Source: Nannocystis bainbridge (GTDB lineage: Bacteria; Myxococcota_A; Polyangia; Nannocystales; Nannocystaceae). Taken from it: DNA of 64,000 nt. Position numbers and translations under genes: made by a program. Below the pieces are notes generated by a model that was given only the letters and a program-made list of their open reading frames with translations, was not told the origin of the DNA and searched no databases. The DNA lies in NCBI RefSeq assembly GCF_028368995.1, contig NZ_JAQNDL010000001.1, positions 4,416,001-4,480,000 of the forward strand, read 5' to 3'. Shown in pieces: positions 57,344 through 64,000 of this stretch. Positions within the stretch are counted from its first letter, which is position 1, and each line of letters starts with the position of its first letter.

Positions 57344-59170
57344 GTGATCACCGCCCAGAATCACTACAAGAGCAACCTGCGCGACATCTTCTTCAATCTG
57401 TTCGAGGTCCTGAAGATCCAGGAGGGGGCCCTCGGCAAGGGGGTCTATTCGAGCATGGATGAAGAGACGGTCCGCTCGACGCTCGAGGGCTACGAGGAGT
57501 TCTGTCAGAAGGAATTGGCGCCGTCGTGGGCGCTGTCGGATCGGGTCCCGCTCGAGCTCGACAAGGAGACCGGCAACGTCACGCTGCCGCCGCCGGTGGC
57601 GCGAGCGATCCGCACGACGCTCGAGCAAGGCTGGCCGCTGCTCAACCTGCCCGAGCACCTCGGAGGCAGCGGCGCGCCGCACTCGGTGGCGTGGAGCGCG
57701 TTCGAGCTGACGGCCGGCGCCAACGCGGCGGTGGCGTTCTATCTGCTCGGGCCGCTCATCGCCCATATCATCGACCGCCTCGGCACCGAGGAGCAGCGCC
57801 GGCGCTTCGCCAAGCCGATGATCGACGGCCAGTGGGGCGGCTCGATGGTGCTGACGGAGCCCGACGCGGGCTCGGACGTCGGCGCGAGCCGGACCCGGGC
57901 GCGCCAGGTCGAGGGCGGGGTGTGGGAGATCGATGGCGTCAAGCGCTTCATCACCAACGGGGACTTCGACGCGGCCGACAATATCGTGCACCTGGTGCTG
58001 GCGCGCCCCGAAGGCGCGGGCCCGGGGACGAAGGGGCTGTCGATGTTCATCGTGCCCAAGTTCTGGGTGAACGAGGACGGCAGCCTCGGCGAGCGCAACG
58101 GGGTCTACTGCACCAACATCGAGCACAAGATGGGGATCAAGGCCTCGGCGACCTGCGAGATGACGTTCGGCGAGCGTCACCCGGCCCGCGGCTTCCTGGT
58201 CGGCGAGGTCCACGACGGCATCCGCCAGATGTTCCACGTCATCGAGCACGCGCGCATGGCCGTCGGCGCCAAGTCGATGGCGACGCTGTCGACGGCGTAC
58301 CTCAACGCGCTCGAGTACGCGAAGATCCGCGTGCAGGGCTCGGACCTGCTGCGCGCGACCGACAAGACGGCGCCGCGCGTGCGGATCATCGAGCACCCCG
58401 ACGTGCGCCGGATGCTGATGCTGCAGAAGTCGTTCGCCGAGGGCATGCGCGCGCTGACGCTGTTCACGGCGTCGGTGCAGGACCAGATCGAGCTGACGGG
58501 CGGCCACGGGGCGGCGGCCAGCGACGACCTCGACAAGCTGAACGACCTGCTGCTGCCGCTGGTGAAGGGCTACTGCTCGGAGAAGGTGTACGAGCTGCTG
58601 GCGGTGTCGCTGCAGACGTACGGCGGCTCGGGCTACTGCCAGGACTACCCGATCGAGCAGTACATCCGCGACCAGAAGATCGACTCGCTGTACGAGGGCA
58701 CGACGCACATCCAGGCGCTCGACCTGTTCTTCCGCAAGATCGTGCGCGACGGCGGGTCGACGCTGCGCAGCCTGATGGGCCGCATCGAGGCGACGCTCGC
58801 CGAGGTCGATGCGAAGGGGCCGCTGGGGGTCGAGCACGCGGCGATGTCGCGGGCGCTGGCCGACCTGCAAGGCATCTACATGACGATGCCGGCGAAGCTG
58901 CAGGAGTCGCTGTACCACGTCGGCTTCCAGGGCAACCGGATCCTGTTCGCCACCGCCGAGGTGGTGATCGGCTGGCTGCTGCTGCGCCAGGGCGCGGTGG
59001 CGGCCGAGCGGCGCGAGACGGCGACCGACAAGGACCGCGACTTCTATCAGGGCAAGCTGGCGGCGGTCCGGTTCTACGCCCGCAACGTGCTGCCGGGCGT
59101 CACGCTGACGCGCAAGTTGATCGAGCAGGGCACGCTCGAGCTGATCGAGGTGCCCGAGGCGGCGTTCTGA
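57344..59170 (+). CDS. Acyl-CoA dehydrogenase (FadE5-like)
   Basis: HYKSNLRD, MVLTEPDAGSDVG, GVKRFITNG, EHKMGIKAS, QTYGGSGY, YEGTTHIQALD. Confidence 0.95.
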   Translation: MITAQNHYKSNLRDIFFNLFEVLKIQEGALGKGVYSSMDEETVRSTLEGYEEFCQKELAPSWALSDRVPLELDKETGNVTLPPPVARAIRTTLEQGWPLLNLPEHLGGSGAPHSVAWSAFELTAGANAAVAFYLLGPLIAHIIDRLGTEEQRRRFAKPMIDGQWGGSMVLTEPDAGSDVGASRTRARQVEGGVWEIDGVKRFITNGDFDAADNIVHLVLARPEGAGPGTKGLSMFIVPKFWVNEDGSLGERNGVYCTNIEHKMGIKASATCEMTFGERHPARGFLVGEVHDGIRQMFHVIEHARMAVGAKSMATLSTAYLNALEYAKIRVQGSDLLRATDKTAPRVRIIEHPDVRRMLMLQKSFAEGMRALTLFTASVQDQIELTGGHGAAASDDLDKLNDLLLPLVKGYCSEKVYELLAVSLQTYGGSGYCQDYPIEQYIRDQKIDSLYEGTTHIQALDLFFRKIVRDGGSTLRSLMGRIEATLAEVDAKGPLGVEHAAMSRALADLQGIYMTMPAKLQESLYHVGFQGNRILFATAEVVIGWLLLRQGAVAAERRETATDKDRDFYQGKLAAVRFYARNVLPGVTLTRKLIEQGTLELIEVPEAAF

Positions 59171-59367
59171 GCCGTCGCTCAGACGAGGCGGCCGCGCACG
59201 GCGGCCGCGCACGGACCGGCCTCTGCGGGGCGACGCAGGGCCGGTCTTTCTCGTGTCCGCGGCCCCGCGACCGCAGGTCGCAGCGGGGGCGCTCACGATC
59301 GCCGCTCGCCCGCCGGCTCGCGGAGGGACGCGCGCGTGCGGAGGAAATTGCTACTCTCCGCGCGACC

Positions 59368-60120
59368 ATGACTCACCGCGCTTCGCTCGTCCTCTCGCTC
59401 CTCGTGTTCGCCTGTCAAAATCCCGCGGGGCCGCCGGCGGCCAAGACGGGGCCGGAGGTCAAGGCGACCGAGCCGCCGGCGAAGAGCGACCCGCACGCGG
59501 TGAACCCCCACGCCGCCGATCCGCACGCGGGCAACCCCCACGCGGCCGGGCCGCACGGGGCGGAGCCGGCGGCGGAGACGTCGCGGCCGGCGCGTGAGCC
59601 GGTCAATCCGCACGAGGTGACGCCGAGCGGCAAGACGCGCGAAGAGGTGGTGCCCGGGCTCAACTACAAGGTGCCGGAGGAGTGGACGCGCAAGCCGGGC
59701 TCGTCGGCGATGCGCCTGGCCGAGTTCGTGCTGCCGGGGCCGGGCGGCGACGCGGAGCTGGCGGTGTACCGCTTCGCCGGCGGTGGCGGCGACGCGAAGT
59801 CGAACGTGCACCGCTGGCGCACGCAGTTCGCCAAGTCGGACGGGTCGCCGCTCGGCGACAGCGACGGCGAGGTGCAGGAGGTGACCCGCGAGGCGCTGAA
59901 GCTGACGCTGGTCGACCTGAAGGGGACGTACATCGCCCAGGTGACGCCGGGGGCGTCGGAGCGCTACGCCGACCCGAACTACCGCATGCTGGCGGTGATC
60001 GTCGAGGGCGCGGGCGACCCGTACTTCTTCAAGGCGGTCGGGCCGGAGACGACGCTGAACGTGTGGAAGCCGACCTTCACGTCGTTCGCCGACGCGATCG
60101 AGGTCATCACGGCGAAGTGA
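59368..60120 (+). CDS. Hypothetical lipoprotein with (DPHA)n His-rich linker
   Basis: VFAC lipobox; DPHAVNPHAADPHAGNPHA; MRLAEF...GGD..SNV.RW..QF...YFFKAVGP. Confidence 0.8.
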   Translation: MTHRASLVLSLLVFACQNPAGPPAAKTGPEVKATEPPAKSDPHAVNPHAADPHAGNPHAAGPHGAEPAAETSRPAREPVNPHEVTPSGKTREEVVPGLNYKVPEEWTRKPGSSAMRLAEFVLPGPGGDAELAVYRFAGGGGDAKSNVHRWRTQFAKSDGSPLGDSDGEVQEVTREALKLTLVDLKGTYIAQVTPGASERYADPNYRMLAVIVEGAGDPYFFKAVGPETTLNVWKPTFTSFADAIEVITAK

Positions 60121-60122
60121 GC

Positions 60123-60174
60123 TGTCCTTCGGGACAGGAGATCATGAGGACATGTCGTGAAGGACATGTCCTCG
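60123..60174. repeat. 14-bp palindromic units at a convergent junction
   Basis: tgtcc-ttcg-ggaca at 60123; CATG cores at 60151 and 60165. Confidence 0.85.
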
Positions 60175-60184
60175 GGTGCAGGCT

Positions 60185-60781
60185 TCAGGCCTGGGCCCAC
60201 AGGGCGGTGAAGGCGGCGACCTCGGCGTCGAGCAGGATGTCGAGGTCGGGGCCGTCGTGCATGCAGAGCAGGCGCTTGCGGCGGACGTCGAGGACGGCGA
60301 TCGCGGCGTCGCGCGGGGTCTGCTCGCCGAGGACGCGGGCCATCAGTCGGGCGGCGATGTCCGAGAGGGTGTGCGGCAGCGGGTCCTCTTTGAAGTAGAG
60401 CTTGATGACGTGCGGGCGCCCTTCGATCTCGAGGCCGAGCTCGGGGTTGACGCTGATCGGGAGGCCCTGAAGGCTGCCGATCTGCCAGCCGGGCTCGAAC
60501 CACTCGATGCGCCGCTGACCCCACCAGCCGAGATACGCCTCGGCGATGTTGTCGAAGCGACCGCCAGCGTTGGCCCGGGTGAGGTGGTCACGCAGCTCCC
60601 ACTTGGTGGTGGAGGCGGCGTGGGTGCGGATGATGGCCTCGCGCACGGGCCGGTAGAGGTCGCCGGTGGCGGTGTAGGGGCCGCGGTGCTTGATGTCGCG
60701 CACCTTGGCCAGCTTGCCGGTCATGCTGGGCCGGCCGACGAAATCGACGAAGTCGGTCAACGAGATGCGAGTCGAGTCCAT
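60185..60781 (-). CDS. Hypothetical cytoplasmic protein
   Basis: 198 aa, GAGGGAG Shine-Dalgarno, globular composition. Confidence 0.8.
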   Translation of the reverse strand: MDSTRISLTDFVDFVGRPSMTGKLAKVRDIKHRGPYTATGDLYRPVREAIIRTHAASTTKWELRDHLTRANAGGRFDNIAEAYLGWWGQRRIEWFEPGWQIGSLQGLPISVNPELGLEIEGRPHVIKLYFKEDPLPHTLSDIAARLMARVLGEQTPRDAAIAVLDVRRKRLLCMHDGPDLDILLDAEVAAFTALWAQA

Positions 60782-61263
60782 ACGCTCCCTCAGTCGAAGA
60801 AGAACGTAGGCGATGGCTTTGATCCGCTGCGGATCAAGCCTGCGAGGCCGTGGAACGGCGAATTCAGGGCGTCTGCGCGATCACCCGGGCGCTGATCCGG
60901 ATCAGATCAGGGGGCCGTGAATAGCGCGGCCCAAAAAATGCGCGGTGAACGGTGAGCGCGGCGAAGGTGCGAAGGCGACGACGCGGGCAGGCGAGCGGCC
61001 GCGAGGCCCGTCCTACCGAGGTCGCGGCGGCGCATCCTCTTCAGCGGTCGTAGAGGTGGCTGCGAGCGAGCGGCGCGCCGAGGAGTCGCCCTCGGGCGCG
61101 AGGCAGGTCGCCGGCGTTGCTGTCATCCTCGCGGGGCGGCGGTCGCTGACGCCGTCGCGTGGGTGCTGGCTTGGCTGTCATCCGCGAGGCGCGTGGCATG
61201 CGAGGTCGTCGATTCGACGTCCTCAAGCGCTACCGGTGCGAGGTAGCGATGCGCTCGAGGGGC

Positions 61264-61704
61264 TCAGGCGCAGCGGGCACACTGGCCCTTGATGAGGATC
61301 TCGGAGATGTTGCCGACGACCGACTTGTTCGAGCCCGGGGCGGGGGTGAGCTTGACGCGCACGGTCGAGAGGCAGGTGACCTCGCCGCACTGGGTGCAGA
61401 CGAAGTGCGGGTGCTCGGGGTGATGGGCCTCGCGGGCGCGCAGCTCGAAGCGCCAGACGTTGTCGCCGAGGTTGATGCGGTTGAGCAGGCCGGCGCGGGT
61501 GAGGTCGATGAGGTTGCGGTAGAGGGTGGCGGCGTCGAAGCCGTGGTGGGCGAGGGCCTCGACGAGCTCGCCGTGGCTGGAGGGGGTGCCGGTGCCGTGG
61601 AGGTGCTCGAGGACGGCGATCCGGGGGCCGGTGACGCGGAGGCCGGCCTCGCGAATGGCGTCGCGCAGGAGGTCGAGCGAGGCGCGGGCTTTGGGGCGCG
61701 GCAT
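61264..61704 (-). CDS. Fur-family transcriptional regulator
   Basis: GLRVTGPRIAVL, ATLYRNL, HHPEHPHFVCTQCG, GQCARC. Confidence 0.93.
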   Translation of the reverse strand: MPRPKARASLDLLRDAIREAGLRVTGPRIAVLEHLHGTGTPSSHGELVEALAHHGFDAATLYRNLIDLTRAGLLNRINLGDNVWRFELRAREAHHPEHPHFVCTQCGEVTCLSTVRVKLTPAPGSNKSVVGNISEILIKGQCARCA

Positions 61705-61809
61705 GCTGCAAGAGGATAGCACCGGCGGCCCAACCGCAGCAGCAGCCCGGGGCGGGCTCACGCGGGCCGGCCGCAGCGGAGGTCGTGGCTGTGGTATGCG
61801 GGGCTCGCC

Positions 61810-62376
61810 ATGACGATCAAGTCTGACCGCTGGATCCGCCAGATGTCGCAGGAGCACCGGATGATCGAGCCGTTCGAGCCGTACCAGGTGCGCGAGACGG
61901 ACGGTCGGCGGGTGGTGTCGTTCGGCACTTCGAGCTACGGCTACGATGTCCGCTGCGCGCCCGAGTTCAAGATCTTCACGAACATCAACTCGGCGGTGGT
62001 CGACCCGAAGGACTTCCAGCGGAACAGCTTCGTCGACTTCACGGGCGACATGTGCATCATCCCGCCCAACTCGTTCGCGCTGGCCCGCACGGTCGAGTAC
62101 TTCCGGATCCCCCGCGACGTGCTCGTGATCTGCCTCGGCAAGTCGACGTACGCGCGCTGCGGGATCATCGTCAACGTGACGCCGCTCGAGCCCGAGTGGG
62201 AGGGCCACGTGACGCTCGAGTTCTCCAACACGACGCCGCTGCCGGCCCGGATCTACGCCCACGAAGGGGTGGCGCAGATGCTGTTCTTCCAGTCCGACGA
62301 GGCGTGCGAGACGTCGTATGCGGATCGCGGCGGGAAGTATCAGGGCCAGCGCGGGGTGACGCTGCCGCAGGCGTGA
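61810..62376 (+). CDS. dcd: dCTP deaminase
   Basis: [52 protein letters not shown]. Confidence 0.97.
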   Translation: MTIKSDRWIRQMSQEHRMIEPFEPYQVRETDGRRVVSFGTSSYGYDVRCAPEFKIFTNINSAVVDPKDFQRNSFVDFTGDMCIIPPNSFALARTVEYFRIPRDVLVICLGKSTYARCGIIVNVTPLEPEWEGHVTLEFSNTTPLPARIYAHEGVAQMLFFQSDEACETSYADRGGKYQGQRGVTLPQA

Positions 62377-62385
62377 AGGGCCGGC

Positions 62386-62784
62386 TCAGACGGGCGTCTT
62401 CGGGCTCGACGGCGCGACGGGAGCGCTCGGGGCCTCGCTCGGGGACGTCGGCGGGCGGTTCGAGGTGGTGCCGGGCGAGGCGGGTTTGCCCATGAGGCAA
62501 CCACCGCCCGCGAGGGCGCCGAACGCGAGCGCGGCGGCGGTGGCGAGGCGCGGCAGGAGGCCGACCCGGTCCTTGAAGACGATGTCGCCCCGGGCGTCGT
62601 GGACGTAGCGAACGCAGGGCTGGTCGCCGGCGGCGAGCAAGGCCTCGGCCTCTCCCTCGCTCATGGTCGAGAGGTCGGTGACATCCTTGCGGCACAGGCG
62701 ACAGAACCGCGCGCGGCCGTCACCGTCCATCCGCTCCCAATCCGCGCTGCAGGGTTCGACGATCCGGAGGCTGTCGCTTCGCAT
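62386..62784 (-). CDS. Small Cys-rich protein with C-terminal hydrophobic helix
   Basis: PCSADWERM...RFCRLCRKDVTDLSTMS...CVRY, then AAALAFGALAGGGCLMG. Confidence 0.75.
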   Translation of the reverse strand: MRSDSLRIVEPCSADWERMDGDGRARFCRLCRKDVTDLSTMSEGEAEALLAAGDQPCVRYVHDARGDIVFKDRVGLLPRLATAAALAFGALAGGGCLMGKPASPGTTSNRPPTSPSEAPSAPVAPSSPKTPV

Positions 62785-62927
62785 GCAGGGGCCGAACGCG
62801 CGCGACGTGGGTCCGCTTTCAGGCCGGTGAGTGCGCGGAGTCCTGGTGGCGTCCCGGCCGAGGCTCGTTGCCGCGCTCACGGGCGCAGGCCGCATCCGAA
62901 GATGGGGGCGAACCGCGGCTCGGGTGA

Positions 62928-63086
62928 AGACATGTCTTCGAGGACATGCCACGTGCGCGACCCGGCGGAAGGATGGGACGCGGCCCATGGCTCGCGTGAC
63001 GACAGGTCTTCGAGGGCGTCTTCGTTGCGGGCGCAAGCCGCCACGAATAGATGTGTCTTTGAGGGCATGTCCTGAGGGACATGCCG
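62928..63086. repeat. Two clusters of 14-bp palindromic units
   Basis: Cores at 62931 and 62945, and at 63052, 63066 and 63080. Confidence 0.85.
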
Positions 63087-63093
63087 TTCGCGG

Positions 63094-64000
63094 TCAGCGG
63101 ACGCTGAAGCGGGTCGACTCGAGGCGGACGGCCTGGCGGGGGTCGGCGGGGCGGGCGAGGACCTCGTGGTCGCCCGGTTCGGCGGCGATCTTCAGCTTGT
63201 AGGGCCAGTCGCTGCGGCCGACCTCGTGGCCGTCGACGAGGAAGGCGAGCGGGCCGAAATCGACGCCGCTGCCGTCGAGCTCGGCGCGGACCTCGATGGT
63301 CTGGGCGGCGCGGCGCTGGTCGAGGGCGAACACGGTGCCGGGGGCCGGGGCGACGACGCGCAGGGTCGGGATCGCGGCCGGGCGGTCGTCGCAGCCGGGC
63401 ACGCGGGCGCGCGGGAGCCAGGGGCGGCCGAACAGGTCAGGGGTGTCGCCGCCGGCTGTCCTGAAGGACAGCCACTCGTCGTAGGCGGCCGGGAACACCA
63501 CGGCGGTGACGGAAGCCTTCGCATCGCAGCGCAGGCCGGCGGGGGCGCTGCGGTCGGGGCGGACGTGGACGTGGTAACCGCAGCTGTCCTCGGGGACATG
63601 TCCTCGGGAGAACTTGCGGTGGACGCGTTCGTCGCAGGCGGGGCCGACGGGGGCGCCGGACAGCGCGCAGACCTCCACGTCGACCAGCAGCTCGGGCTCC
63701 CACAGCGGCCGGCGCTGCGGGACGTCGGCCATGGCGCGGCGCATGACGTCGGCGAACAGCGGGCCGGCCCCGGAGGCGCCGGTGAGGCGAGCGGTCGGGG
63801 AGCCGTCGGCGTTGCCGAGCCAGACGGCGACGGTGCGCTCGCGGGTGTAGCCGACGGTCCAGGTGTCGCGGTAGCCGGACGAGGTGCCGGTCTTGACGGC
63901 GACGGGGTAGGCCAGCGCGAACGGGCCGCGGCCGTGGAGGCCACGCACGCGCGCGAGCGGGTCGGAGAGCGCCTCGGTGACGACGGCGGCGACCTCGGGC
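63094..64000 (-). CDS. pbpC: Penicillin-binding protein 1C-like, C-terminal part (truncated by window edge)
   Basis: VAVKTGTSSGYRDTWTVG, VWLGNADG, TGASGAGPL, VCALSG, C-terminal Ig-like domain (FLVDG...PGDHEV). Confidence 0.8.
   Translation of the reverse strand, partial: PEVAAVVTEALSDPLARVRGLHGRGPFALAYPVAVKTGTSSGYRDTWTVGYTRERTVAVWLGNADGSPTARLTGASGAGPLFADVMRRAMADVPQRRPLWEPELLVDVEVCALSGAPVGPACDERVHRKFSRGHVPEDSCGYHVHVRPDRSAPAGLRCDAKASVTAVVFPAAYDEWLSFRTAGGDTPDLFGRPWLPRARVPGCDDRPAAIPTLRVVAPAPGTVFALDQRRAAQTIEVRAELDGSGVDFGPLAFLVDGHEVGRSDWPYKLKIAAEPGDHEVLARPADPRQAVRLESTRFSVR

Overview
High-GC bacterial chromosome segment. The gene content (Ser/Thr kinase-TPR, CHAT-TPR, many Thr/Asp-rich lipoproteins) and the 16S sequence point to a myxobacterium, probably Nannocystis-like; this is an inference, not a database result. 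The window holds about 45 protein genes, mostly housekeeping: hemF, hemJ, cyaY, folK, queE, asnS, hutF, speD, lysC, a 2-oxoacid dehydrogenase operon, dcd, a Fur-family regulator and the end of pbpC. It also has tRNA-Val(TAC) and a complete 16S-23S-5S operon with no spacer tRNAs. No CRISPR array, prophage or intact transposase was seen. The most striking unexplained signal is a pervasive 14-bp palindromic unit, TGTCC-N4-GGACA. It is chained head-to-tail with an exact 14-bp period, giving RRRCATGYYY at the junctions. It forms arrays of 2-6 units at many gene junctions and is also written into coding sequences, but I did not see it in the rRNA genes. It looks like a chromosome-wide binding code for an unidentified protein. 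Other notable items: an intact but apparently catalytically dead E1-alpha/E1-beta pair in front of normal E2/E3 genes; a stand-alone IS1634-transposase-like N-terminal-domain gene; two tandem large HTTM proteins; a ZAS anti-sigma/TPR/CHAT fusion; a TonB receptor/PstS-like/two-component/lipoprotein module; and widespread leaderless-type promoters.
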